Of a DNA stretch of 64,000 nucleotides, positions 38,014 to 50,891 are shown piece by piece. The stretch comes from Octopus sinensis (Eukaryota), in the NCBI RefSeq assembly GCF_006345805.1, contig NC_043005.1:14136001-14200000 (forward strand), in the 5' to 3' direction. The notes under the pieces are model-generated. The model worked only from the letters and a program-made list of their open reading frames with translations. It was not told the DNA's origin and did not search any database. Position 1 is the first letter of the stretch. Each line of letters opens with the position of its first letter. A program made the position numbers and the translations under genes.

Positions 38014-38679
38014 TTAAACCCGTCGTCGTATCCTACTCAAATATTCAGCCTGTTTTATGTTCAAATTGGCCAGATCTCTCTTTTCACACCTATTCTACAA
38101 TGTCATTCTAATTATACACAATCACATCATCAAAATTTTAAAGCTACATGGTTAATTTAACATAATGTGAATAAATAAGAAATACATCTGACAGAGTTAA
38201 AGGTACAAAGAGCTGACTTTTCCAACTCTCACTAAATCACAAAAGCAAAAGTTTTGGTGGAGGGGGAAGAACCAGGTACAAGAATGTTTCCCATCATCTA
38301 CTCAATCATTAGTACATATGATACTAACTCAGACCAGTGCAAACTAGGTATTAATCATGACCCCCAATTTACCATCCCACATCAGTAAGAAGGAACTTGG
38401 AATTGCCACCCTCTCTTGTTCATAATGATAACAGGATGAAGAGAGACACTTTTAAAAACTCCAAACACAAACACTACATAAATATTCAAGAATTAGTGGC
38501 TCATGTTTTAACTAACTGTAAACACAGTACATATTAGTAGGAACAGAATAGTCTCAGTCAATTTTAGATATTTGCATATCGATGCAGCAAATGTTTTTTT
38601 TTTAGTTCTATAGCTGCAGCAGTTAGCCAGGCAGACCGTTCATAATGTGTATATCAATTATATGTACATTATCAATATA

Positions 38680-38719
<40 letters not shown>

Positions 38720-38720
<1 letters not shown>

Positions 38721-38892
38721 TTTATTTAAAAGCAGCAGAAATTCAACAAAACCTGTTACTCGGAGTTTCACGTTCCCGTTCGTCGGACAGTTTTGTTGAA
38801 TTTCTGCTGCTTTTAAATAAAGCATATTACTCTACCCTGGTATTTGAGTACTCTATTTTCCACCTTGTTTCACATTTATGTGCTTACTCCGA
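38720..38892. mobile_element. Penelope-like pseudo-LTR fragment with a perfect 33-bp inverted repeat, inside (TA)n
   Basis: Arms 38720-38752 and 38790-38822 are exact reverse complements; the loop carries a hammerhead fold; (TA)n on both sides. Confidence 0.65.
38753..38790 (-). ncRNA. Predicted minimal type I hammerhead ribozyme, U4C core variant
   Basis: Minus strand ctgt-CCGACGA-acg(ggaa)cgt-GAAA-ctc(c)gag-TA-acag; GUA cleavage triplet. Confidence 0.65.
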
Positions 38893-38903
38893 TAGATATA
38901 TAT

Positions 38904-38933
<30 letters not shown>

Positions 38934-38934
<1 letters not shown>

Positions 38935-39121
38935 GGCGTTAGGAAGGGCATCCTGGCGTTAGGAAGGGCATACTGGCGTTAGGAAGGGCATCCAGCTGTA
39001 GAAACATTGCCAGATAAGACTGGAGCCTGGTGCAGCCTTCTGGCTTCCCAGATCCCCGGTCGAACCGTCCAACCCATGCTAGCATGGAGAACGGACATTA
39101 AACGATAATGATGATGATGAT
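38934..39121 (+). mobile_element. Short RTE 3'UTR copy with a triplicated 20-bp 5' end
   Basis: (TGGCGTTAGGAAGGGCATMC)x3 followed by the normal tail and (GAT)n. Confidence 0.9.
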
Positions 39122-39879
39122 ATATATATACACACACACACACACATAAAATGATAGAGCATGCATTATCAAAACATTTTATTATAAAGACATAGTCAAA
39201 TAGACATACATTTTATACATGTATACATCTATAAATTAGTTGATGACAGCAAGAACCATAGAAAACGTGTCACAATGTAATATACAAGTGGACTTTGCAA
39301 GCCACATAGCAGGAAACCCATTTAGAAGGGAAATAACTCCAACTAAGAACTGATACAAAGTAGAGGGGACTCTTTACTCTTCTAGAGAGGACAACGTCTC
39401 TGGCATGACTGAAGGAACCCAGCACACTCCATAAATGACTGGTAATAAGAAAAGCATCCTGTAATAGGAAATACATTAATATGACACATATGAGCAAGAT
39501 ATAGACTCTGAAAACCACATTGCAGGTTTCCATTCAAGGAAGACGTTAACCCCAAATTAGAATTAATACAGAGTAGGGGAGCGATACTTTTGCTTGGCCT
39601 TACATAAAACGACTTCTTTAGTGCCAATGGCACTAGAAAATATACAGAGTCCACACTAAGGAATGCCCAACAAAATTGGATACTTTTTTCTATTGCTGTG
39701 TATGCAATGTGACAAATCATCACACTCAACCCAACACAGAAAACAGTCTTAAAGGATGTGTGTGTGTGTGTGTGTGTGCAGCAAATCCCCTGGATATTAC
39801 TGACTTGAGTAGGACTCATAGGGTCAGTTACCCAGTTTCTATGACACAAAAGTGATCAAAATCACAACATTCTCCCTGA

Positions 39880-40045
39880 CCAGGATGCAAGTCTGTCACA
39901 GGGTTATTAATTTACAGCTGAGTGGACTAGAGTGATGTGAAATGAAGTATTTTGCTCAAGAACACAACACACTCCTCATTCAGGGAGTCAAAACCACAAT
40001 CTCGCAATTGTGAATGCAATATCCTAACCACTTGACCATCTGACA
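39880..40045 (-). mobile_element. Old tRNA-derived SINE (family D-related)
   Basis: Minus strand GGTCAAGTGGTTAGGAT..GGTTTTGACTCCC..TTGTGTTCTTGAGCAAAATACTTCATTTCAC resembles 57429-57560. Confidence 0.65.
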
Positions 40046-40433
40046 TCCCGCGCGTGCATGCGTGCGTGTGTGTGGGTGCATGCATACACACACACCTATG
40101 TATGTACGTGCACACATGCACACACAGTCACACACAAGGTCATGTTTTAATAATTCAATATATGGTAATTATTTGTTTCTAATTATCTTAATCTAATATT
40201 AAGAAATTATCAATATGACATATGTGATTACAAAATGAACAACTACAGATTAAAGAGTGACTTATAAATCAATTAAGATAGGTACCGTTTACAATGCACA
40301 ATGAAGATCTTTGTCAACTGTGAGAACTTAGCTTGTAAAAAATAAGCTCAGTAATGCCGAAGAGTCACTTATAAAGAAAATAACACAATTTAACCAGAAT
40401 AAGAAATATAATCCAAAATGACACCCTGTCTAA

Positions 40434-40933
40434 TCTTTATATATAAAAGTGAAGTTGTGTGTCTGTCTCCTATGATTTAGATTCCTAACTACTCCCACAT
40501 TTTGCGGTGCCGTTTAACCAAAACCAGGTATCTTATAGTCGTGATTCATATCGATCCCTTCTGGGTATTAGCGGGCATCTACGATGAGTCAACGATTTAA
40601 AAAAAAATTTACCATCATTTTTTTTCCATTTTTAATGCATTTTTTTTCGCTATTATATAAGGGAAGTAACTCTAAAAATGTCTACGATGAGTCTACAATT
40701 TAAAAAAAAATTTAGCATCATTTTTTTCCATTTTAATGCATTTTTTCGCTATTATATAAGGGAAGTAACTCTCTAAAAATGTCTACGATGAGTCAACGAT
40801 TTAAAAAAAAATTTACCATAATTTTTTTTCCATTTTTAATGCATTTTTTGCTATTTTTTGGCTATAACTCTCTAAAAATGCTTATATAGTTATTTCCCTT
40901 ACAAACCCGAGCAACGCCAGGCAATACTGCTAG
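40434..40933 (+). mobile_element. Non-autonomous Helitron (variant 1) with an internal tandem expansion of about 102 bp
   Basis: A|TC...CTAG|T termini; unit starting TCTACGATGAGTC at about 40578, 40681 and 40782. Confidence 0.9.
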
Positions 40934-41555
40934 TTTTTAATATATCTACATGAATATATTTTTCACATACAAGTTTTATTTTATTAACATCTACTTAATA
41001 CAGAGACTGCTGCATTGCCATGCTGAGGAACTTTTGTTCTTCAGCACAGAGAGCTACACTGACACGAAAATTAGTCTTCTTGGCAGATTCAATCAGATTG
41101 GGCAGGTCAAAGGGTAGAAAGTAAACTAAACAGTGGTTCCTGGTCCTTCTCATTAAGAGTCTGGCATGGTGTTAGAATCCTTACACTGTAAAAGCCTTAC
41201 ATCTGCTACAAAAACACTGACAAAGGGACCAAAGGAAATTTCAAAGTTCTAAAGATCAGAAAGAATCTGCAAAGGGAGAATGAAGTATTGCAACCCAAAC
41301 TGAAAGGAATGTTGCAAAGTTGATGTTTTTCCCAACATCCAAGAGAAAAACCAAAATAGGTTCACAGAACATCATATTTTATTGCCTTTAACAGGGTTTT
41401 CTTTTATCATTTTTTCCTTTAATGTATGCATGTATATGTGTATGTCTGTCTCTTTTATCTAGAAACAAAAGTAAGGAAAATGTATTCAATACAAGAAAAG
41501 GCTCTACTCCAACTTTCTGTCTATATGACATTCTACCACCCAGTCTTTTTAAGGA

Positions 41556-41604
<49 letters not shown>

Positions 41605-41926
41605 ATATATATATATTCAGACCTCGCGTAGCACCTTGGATAGTGTCTACTATAGCCCTCGGCTAAGGAAAGCCTTAAGAGTGGATTTGGTAGACAGAAA
41701 CTAAAAAAAGCTTATTGTATATATTTATATGTGTGGTGTTGTATGTCTGTGTGCACCCTTGTTTTGACATCATATGATTGTAAACAAATATCACTATCAT
41801 ACAAGCCATATTCATTTCTGGCCTTCCATGAAAAACATGATAAAGATAAAGATTGGTAACAGAAAGGTTATCTGGCTGTAGAAAACCTGCCTAAAAAAAT
41901 TCTATCTGGCCCATAAAAGCATGATT

Positions 41927-42320
41927 AGGCGCAGGAGTGGCTGTGTGGTAAGTAGCTTGCTAACCAACCACATGGTTCCGGGTTCAGTCCCACTGCGTGG
42001 CATCTTGGGCAAGTGTCTTCTGCTATAGCCTCGGGTCGACCAATGCCTTGTGAGTGGATTTGGTAGACGGAAACTGAAAGAAGCCTGTCGTATATATGTA
42101 TATATATATGTGTGTGTATGTGTTTGTCCCCCTAGCATCGCTTGACAACCGATGCTGGTGTGTTTACATCCCCGTCACTTAGCGGTTCGGCAAAAAGAGA
42201 CCAATAGAATAAGTACTAGGCTTACAAAGAATAAGTCCCGGGGTCGATTTGCTCAACTAAAGGCGGTGCTCCAGCATGGCCACAGTCAAATGATTGAAAC
42301 AAGTAAAAGAGTAAAGAGTA
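41927..42320 (+). mobile_element. Young SINE family B inserted in the tail of an older family B copy (about 41620-42347)
   Basis: AGGCGCAGGAGTGGCTGTGTGGTAAG head (A-box-like), GGTTCAGTCCC (B-box-like), CORE-like GGCATCTTGGGCAAGTGTCTT, internal (TA/TG)n, tail AAGTAAAAGAGTAAAGAG. Confidence 0.92.
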
Positions 42321-44339
42321 ATGAAAGGATGTTAAATGATAATGATGTATATGCACATATATAATAGTGTGTATGTGTATTCACACACACACACAAGATC
42401 CAGTAAGCCCACAACTGGCAACATTTTTCTACATTGAGCTAAATAGCATATAAACAAACCCAGCAACATCAAATGTGAACAGTCACAGGACTGTTGACCC
42501 ATCATTACATTATCTATTGTCATCTCACCTGCATATATAACATCATAAATAATAAAAGGCTGTGTATTTGTGTGCGCACTGCAAATATACACTAAGCAAC
42601 TAGTAAAATAAAAGGAGAGAAGAGGAACAACTTGCATGAGAGACAGAAGAGGGGGTGTCTCCATCAACAGCAACCAGTATTTTGCAGTTAGATTACCATT
42701 GTTCAATGATGGCATATGATCAAACTCACTATCAGCATAAATACGTTCAGTACATTTTGCTGTAGAATTTTGCACCATTTCCACCTTTTACAAATTCTTT
42801 ACTTTATTTCCAGTGTTTAACATAACAATAACTAAGTGAATTAACAACAAACTAGTTTTAGTGCAATAATTCGAAGTATTGTTTGTATTATCATAAATTA
42901 TAAAGCAAGATTTTTTTGGTTTTTTTGTCTAGTGTGGCCAAAGATATTTAACAACACAAATTATTACTGTAGTCTGCATTTTATTAGTCTTTATCAGTTC
43001 CACTCTTTAACTATTATTATCATTACCTTTCTCTATTGAATTTGTCTGTTTATTCCCATTTTGCAGTATCTAGGTTTATCCACTTTATTTCTTCTCTTTT
43101 TATGAAATACCACAGTTAATTTATCAAACTAAGAGAAGCTTCTATTTGGTCATTTACATGCTAAGAATAGCAGCTAAATCCCCCTTAAATTTCACCCTAA
43201 GATATACTTTCTAAGATATACTTGTCTATGACATTGTTTCTTCAAACCCCGTTTGCCTAATTCTTCTCTTTCCATATATCTGCCGCTCTCTCCTGAATCA
43301 AAACTTCGCCATTTCGCAGTCTGTTTTCTTAAACTCTTTACTACTTCCGTCTGCCCCTTAACTCAAACCCTCTTCCGGTCAGTCTATACTTAAAAAAAAA
43401 AAAAGACCATGTTCACTGCGAAAACAACTCTTCCACTCAAAGTTCAATTATGCAACTAAGTCATGACATCGCAAAGAGAGGTGGAGGAACTTGAACGCTG
43501 AAGAAACAGTGTAGAGGTCAGCAGATTCTATAATCAACACTATTGTGTCTATGATCAAGGTATTTACCACTCAAGTGACCAAGGTTAGTACCTAGCTGAA
43601 ATTAGATACAGCAAAGGAGGAACAAATTACCATTGCTTATGGCAGCAGCACTGTAAACTTTACAAAAAATTCTTCGTGAACAAGGGTCAGGAGATAGAGT
43701 TGAGCCATTATGATTTGCTTTGAACTAAGGTCTGGGCCTGATGACACAGTGTAATAGCTAGGCCATTCTATATGAATCTTATTGACCATCAGATGATATC
43801 TTTCTCAGCTGCAATGGAATCCTAACCCCAAACAGACACAGTGGTCAATCAAACTTCAGGCAAGTGAAACATGTAACGTAATTTTAATTTCTTGCTGTAG
43901 CCAGTCATACTTATGCAACTAAGGCCATGGAAGACATGAATTTCATTTCTCACTCTGTAAATTTGCAGTCTTGTGTCTAAGTCAAAAATATAATATATAC
44001 ACGATGATATATACATGATAATATGAGGTAACAGTAGTGAAGTTATCAAATGCTCTGAAACCTTTGTCATCAAGTTTACACCTTCTGATTACAAATTCAA
44101 GCTTTGTTGGGGTCTAATTTTCTTTACAACTCTAGATCTGCATAATCTAATGTAGACTTCCTTTTCTGGAGAGAGTAGAGTGTGATTTGAGAAAACTTTG
44201 GCTGTTATTTCTAGCAAGTCAAATAACCATGTAGAAGTGTCTTCATCAGCTCACTTTCAAGGTGATTTGTACCGGTACCAGTTTTAACCATATCACTTTC
44301 TTCCTCTACTATAGATTGCTTAATCAAGAAAAACCAATA

Positions 44340-44374
44340 CACACAAACACACACACATACATACATACATACAT

Positions 44375-44447
<73 letters not shown>
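44340..44447. repeat. (CATA)n/(CA)n microsatellite
   Basis: Direct inspection. Confidence 0.97.
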
Positions 44448-44449
<2 letters not shown>

Positions 44450-45870
44450 TGTGTGTAAATTGATAAGAACCACTAGAGACTACATCAATCAACCATTACA
44501 AATATATATACACAAGATAGTAATTGAAACCTTATTGAAGAATATAATTGAAAAAGACAAGCAAAATATTTAAATGCACACAATCATCATAAAAGAGGAA
44601 TCCAAAAGGAATGGGAAAATGATGAGCATAAATGAAGAATGTAAAAGTACATCAGAAGCAGAATGTATCAAGCTCAGGTAACACTGAATTTCAAGTTAAC
44701 TGGATAAATCAATTTCTATGTCCTACTAATCAAAAGACAAGCTATGCATTTTTGTATGGGAAGGAAAATAACATGAGAAGCTGTTTTATTTTAAAGTTTA
44801 ATGTAATATAGGTTTTAGATGAGAATTTAAGAGAAAGATAGTAAAGAAATTATTCTTTCATGGAGATTAGTTAGGTGTTTAAAGATCTGGACTCACCAGT
44901 TCCCACACGGCAATAAACACTGACTATAAACAGAAGTACATCTGTATAGCTTGTAATAAAGCTATAGTATTTAAACTTTAAAAGCTGAACATAAAATGTG
45001 ATCAAGGTTTCAATAACATCAGCTGTACTACATCTGCTAAGCAAACACTGGCTGAATGATTAATATGTTAGCCTGAAATCTGTGTTCTACAGTGCATGGG
45101 AGTGGGGAACATCAGTAAAGATCCCCACCACACTCAACCCTATTTCATTTACTTAACAGAATGGGTTGGGTAAAAGAAATTCAACTAATCTGTGACAGGC
45201 TGCAAAACTGACTGAACACTGAAGAGTAATGTGGTTAGACTTCTTACATAAGAATGAAGGATTGCAGTCCCAATGTAAACAGTATTCATTATCTAAGAAA
45301 AAATTTAATGTCCCATTGCATTACCCATTAAGTTACAGACTGTACTACTGTTATTCTGACCATGCTGTTATGGCAAGCTACTAAAGAGATGACTGCAGGC
45401 TATCAAAGAAGATCACCCATTGATTACTAATTGAAATATGCAATTTTCAGAAATAATTTCCCTGTGAACTTCAACTTCATTTATATTTGATTACTTTTTA
45501 TAAGCTTTTATATAGGCAGTGGAGACAAAGAATTGTTAGAGCTTCAAATGAAATGATTTGCAGTATTTTATCCAGTTCTTCACCTTCTGGGTTCAAATCC
45601 AACTAAGGTCAGTTTTGCCTTTCATCCGTCAATAAAATAAAGTACCAATCCATGGTGGTAAATTGGCAGAATTGTTAAAGCATTGGACAAAATGCCTTGG
45701 GTTTTTATAATTTTTTTAGAGTTTGAGTGTGCCTAAAGCAACAACATTAATGCCTAACTGTATTAGCTCGTCTTTCCCATGAAAAACATCAATAACATAT
45801 AGAGAAGAGACTACCAGCATGGACAACTCTGGTCATCCATAAAAATTTAAAAAAAACACATCTAGGCCTG

Positions 45871-46181
45871 CATCATCATCATCGTTTAACGTCCGTTCTC
45901 CATGCTAGCATGGGTTGGACAGTTCGACCGGGGATCTGGGAAGCCAGAAGGCTGCACCAGGCTCCGGTCTTATCTGGCAATGTTTCTACAGCTGGATGCC
46001 CTTCCTAACGCCAACCACTCCATGAGTGTAGTGGGTGCTTTTTACGTGCCACCTGCACTGGAGCCAGGTGAGGCTGGCATCAGCCACGGTCGGATTGGTG
46101 CATTTTACATGCCACCTGCACGGAAGCCAGTCGAGGCGGCACTGGCTTCGGCCACGATTCGGATGGTGCTTTTTACGTGCC
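45871..46181 (-). mobile_element. RTE 3'UTR copy
   Basis: Near-identical reverse complement of 50390-50688. Confidence 0.92.
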
Positions 46182-47232
46182 CTGGAGAGGAACTCTCTAC
46201 ATGCATCACCTGATCAGCTTGACCAACAGGGACCTGGACATATAACTGTAATCCTTTCAAGACAGTATGATGGTAGAAAAGTAGAAAATCTCCATACTAA
46301 TCTCAGATAGAAATTTATTTTTCTCATATGATACCCAGTGCCATGAAGTCAGTTTAAAAGAACCAAGAAGGCACTTAGCTACTCAAAAACAGAATAGTCA
46401 CAAATTCTCTACAATTCCAAACTGTAAAATAATTTTCAATAATATATATACATATACAGTTGTCATAGTAATACAGGTTTCACCTCCATGAAATTGAGGA
46501 GAAAAGGTTGGCAGAAACCAATCTGGACACAACCAACAGTAAAAAGACCAACCAGTTATTGAAACTTGGTGACACATTTATTTATATTATAATGAAGGCC
46601 TTCTGAATCATGATGAAACTATTGCGTATTTTAAATTATATATTTAAACACTAAAAGCTAATCCTTTCTAGACTATATTTATCCTTATAACTAGTGGTTC
46701 TACTGTAATTTCTATAGCATTAAGTGGTTGACAGATAAATCACTCTATGAGATGCTGCACTATCATGGCATTTTTGTAAATTAAACTAAACTCAGCAATG
46801 CTACTTATAGCAGTAAATTATACCACTTGCAATATTGTATATGTGGCAGGGGAATGAAAGCACATGACCAAATAACTAGAATGTTGGTCTCGTGAGTTCA
46901 ATGGCAGATTTGTTTCCTGGACCAAGTGTCATATTGTATACATGCACAAGGTACTTCATTTTTTTGTTGCTCAAGTCTACTAAGCTGAAAACAAGTACCA
47001 ATCTCTAGAGCTGCCCTCTAGCTGTCACATCCTTAATGTTTTGCTGCGTTCTAGATAAGAGGACCAAGAGAGTATCTATATCTACTCACGACTTACATAA
47101 GTCTCTAAAGCACTTAGCAAAAGCATGGCACATGCTGCTAAATCATACTCACTTGCAAGTAACAGATATGACATAAATACACACACACAACTTAGAGCTA
47201 GAACTCAGCTGATGAGGGTTAAATGTCTTGAC

Positions 47233-47559
47233 CAGGCCTGGCCAACTCGAATTACATTGTGGGCCACTTCAATCACAGAAATTTTTTTGAGGTTCGCTTG
47301 TATACTTTATGCATTAATAGTCAAATAATCAAATTACAGACTCGTGAATTTTTCATACTTTTTGTTTGTTTTAAAATTATAAAATTGTAGGCTATTGCTT
47401 TGTTGCCACTTATAAATTTCAAATTTATTTTGAAACTGTTTTACACAAACAATTTTATTTTGAAATTAAACACAATACTTCAAGAAAGTATCAAGCGGGC
47501 CGCAAGATAAAATTCTGTGGGTCGCATGCAGCCCACGGGCCTCAAGTTGGCCAGCCCTG
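47233..47559. mobile_element. hAT-type MITE
   Basis: 8-bp TSD GTCTTGAC (47225-47232, 47560-47567); 15-bp TIR CAGGCCTGGCCAACT / AGTTGGCCAGCCCTG. Confidence 0.92.
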
Positions 47560-47787
47560 GTCTTGACCATGGATGTATTACAGATTCAGTGACAAGACAT
47601 GAGTGGACAACCTCACTAACTGCATTGCTTAAAGTCTTATATTGAAACAATAATGGCATTAATTATAGTTTTCAAGTTGCCAAACAATCATATAAACTGA
47701 AGCATCACATGAAGATTATTGAACAAATAAGATTTCACACATAGAACAATGAAATGAAAAAGCCCTATAACTATTTACCAGCAATTT

Positions 47788-48041
47788 ATCATCATCATCA
47801 TCGTTTAACGTCCACTTTCCATGCTAGCATGGGTTGGACGGTTCAACTGGGGTCTGGGAAGCCCGAAGGCTGCACCAGGCCAGTCAGATCTGGCAGTGTT
47901 TCTACAGCTGAATGCCCTTCCTAACACCAACCACTCCGCGAGTGTAGTGGGTGCTTTTTATGTGCCAGACGAGGCTGGCGAACGGCCATGCTCGGATGGT
48001 GTTTTTTTGTGCCACCGACACAGGTGCCAGACGAGGCTGGC
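47788..48041 (-). mobile_element. RTE 3'UTR copy
   Basis: (CAT)n tail and shared family sequence. Confidence 0.9.
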
Positions 48042-48159
48042 GAATTTATATTTCCAACATTTTCATCAGGGTGGTAGAAATAATACCTATAACAATTTGC
48101 AGTCTTCCCTATACTGGTGAGATTGATTTAATTGTTCAGACTGAATTTCTGCAGGTAAA

Positions 48160-48560
48160 TCATCATTTTAACGTTCACTTTTCCAAGCTTGCATGGGTTG
48201 GACAAAGTTTATGAAGGGCAGATTTTCTACAGCCCTGTGCCCCTTTTCCAAGTAAGACAATATTTTGCCATGCTACGTTTTCACAGAATATTGCAAATGA
48301 ACGACACTGCTAGCATGAGTGACTCTCACTCACAACTTTCGTGTGATGTCAAGACAAAACAAACATACACCCACTCAAACAAACATATAAATATATGATG
48401 GAGTTCATTCGGTTTCTATCTACCAAATCCATTCCCAAGGTATTGGTCAGCTCAGGGTCATAGTAAAAGACACTTACCCAAGATGCCACACTGTGGGACT
48501 GAACCTACAACCATATGGTTGGGAAGCAAGCGTTTTAATCACACAACCATACCTGTGCTC
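48160..48560 (-). mobile_element. Older SINE family B copy with RTE-type tail
   Basis: CATCATTTTAACGTTCACTTTTCCAAGCTTGCATGGGTTGGAC tail; TACCAAATCC..GACACTTACCCAAG..GGGACTGAACC head. Confidence 0.75.
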
Positions 48561-49589
48561 ATAGCTTATAGAATAAACAATGGAAATAAATTTATTTCAG
48601 AAGGTACATAAATGTTAGAGAGTAGAGCAGGTTATTTTCTTTTGTTTTTTTGGGGGGGGGGGTGTAAGGGAGACATTAAGAATAATTAAAAGAGGAACAG
48701 AATCAGCACAAAAATTTCATTTCATTTTTTTTTGTTTTCATGAATCATTTTGAGGGCAAATCAACTCTACCAGTGTCAAGTTTTCACAAAACTATCACAA
48801 GACGACCACGGATACAAAAAGTGAAAAGAACTAAGTTTAAACACAAATCCAATCTCTGCTACAGACTAAATTCAGCAGAAGCTCTGCCACCACATGGTTC
48901 CCACACATGGAACATAATACACACATGAAAATTATCTTTCCTAATTGAACACTATTGAGAAAATTATTAAGTTTGTATTGTACTTTGTAGCGATATGTTA
49001 ATGTAACAAGACCCACAAATTACTTGAATGGCACCATTATATAGTATAAGTAACAAATTAACTTTCAGTTTATTAAGTAATGGTATTTAAACGTGTCCTT
49101 AACATTGATCATTAGGATCAATTATAATAAGCTTTGAAACATGAGATTTCAATTTGCGTGCCTAAAGCCATGCTTACACTGCTTTCACATGCTTGAAAAT
49201 AACACAATTTTCTTTATTCCCATTTAACCTAAGTGGAATTGCTTTATTCATATATTAACCTTTTACCTGTTCTGTCTGTTTATCACTTGGGATATGCAGG
49301 GCATATTTCCCCTGGTGTCCATACATCATATATAATATACTTTCCCAATTTTTTTCAAACACCCAAGCAACTTGGGACTTGTGAAAGGAAAGTGTAATAT
49401 TAACTCAGAACAGATGAAACAAGGACTGACTAAATGTCTGAAAACAAGCATAGACATTTAAGACAAACTCGTGAAAATGCTTTGGACAGACAAAAGGTTC
49501 AGTAATTAAAGAATTCTTCTGCCTTTTATCCACATATTTTCAGAACATGAAGAAATATTAGATATAGGTACACTTGCCATAGGTGCAAT

Positions 49590-49714
49590 GCAGTAGCACC
49601 ATGGGCAAGTGTCTTCTACTGTAGTCTCTGGCCAACCAAAAGCCTTGTGAGTGGATTTGGTAGATGGAAACTGAAAGAAGCCTGTCATCGATCGATCGAG
49701 AGATCGATAGACAG

Positions 49715-49758
<44 letters not shown>

Positions 49759-49980
49759 ACACATGCATGTGTATGTGTGTCTTTGTTCTCTACCACCACT
49801 TGACAACAGATATTCAGATGTTTATGTCCCTGTAATGTAGCAGTTTGGCAAAAGAGTCTGACAGAATAAGTACCAGGCTTTGAAAAATAAATGCTGGGAT
49901 CAATTCGTTCAACAGAAAGTTCATCAAGGAAGTGCCCCAGCATGGCCACAGTCAAATGACTGAAACATGTAAAAGACAGA
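49590..49980 (+). mobile_element. 5'-truncated, moderately old SINE family B
   Basis: GGGCAAGTGTCTTCTACT..GTGAGTGGATTTGGTAGATGGAAACTGAAAGAAGCC..(TG)n..CCAGCATGGCCACAGTCAAATGACTGAAAC. Confidence 0.85.
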
Positions 49981-50389
49981 AGATAAATGATAGGCTCAGT
50001 GTGCACAAATATAGAAAACATTAGACAAGCCAGTGATAGAGCTTCTAAGTGGTTACTGAACCTGCTAGAAACAGCAACCAAACTGTTTAAATTATATCCT
50101 GCCACCCTAAAAAGACAGTAACACGTTAGACAATGTTGTCCTTCATATCCCTAGCAAAACAGAATGGTTACAGGTGGAATACCTTTGATCATAGATCAAG
50201 TCAATCAGGACTAAACAGGAGCTACACCATAATATAAGTAGGAAATAAGTACGGTAAAGCTTCAATAAATCAAAAGACCCCATTTCAATTTGTAGTTACA
50301 ATTCTTCCTTTTCATACATGTCACTGGTCCCTTTCGGAAATTCAAGAACATTACAAACTTCATTTACTTTCTCCTTAAAGTCAATAAGG

Positions 50390-50688
50390 AAGCACCATCC
50401 GAATCGTGGCCGAAGCCAGTGCCACCTCGACTGGCTTCCGTGCAGGTGGCACGTAAAATGCACCAATCCGACCGTGGCCGATGCCAGCCTCGCCTGGCAC
50501 CAGTGCAGGTGGCACGTAAAAAGCACCCACTACACTCACGGAGTGGTTGGCATTAGGAAGGGCATCCAGCTGTAGAAACATTGCCAGATAAGACCGGAGC
50601 CTGGTGCAGCCTTCTGGCTTCCCAGATCCCCGGTCGAACCGTCCAACCCATGCTAGCATGGAGAACGGACGTTAAACGATGATGATGA
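50390..50688 (+). mobile_element. RTE 3'UTR copy
   Basis: Two complete internal modules, shared tail, (GAT)n. Confidence 0.92.
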
Positions 50689-50891
50689 TATGTTTGATCA
50701 CAAAATATATTCATATTTGTTTATTACATTATCATATGACATTATTTATCCATTCTGGCTCAAGAGAGTATAAATTTTTTCATGAAAACAGTTTTGGAAA
50801 ATTGTCAAATGGTTTCATAATAGCAAGTAGGAAAAATAAGATAAAAATATTTATATAAATACACATACACAAGTAGAAAGTCATACACATA

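Noticed and set aside
42332-42784. 150-aa minus-strand ORF
   Set aside because: Low-information composition, runs into microsatellite and SINE tail, no motif
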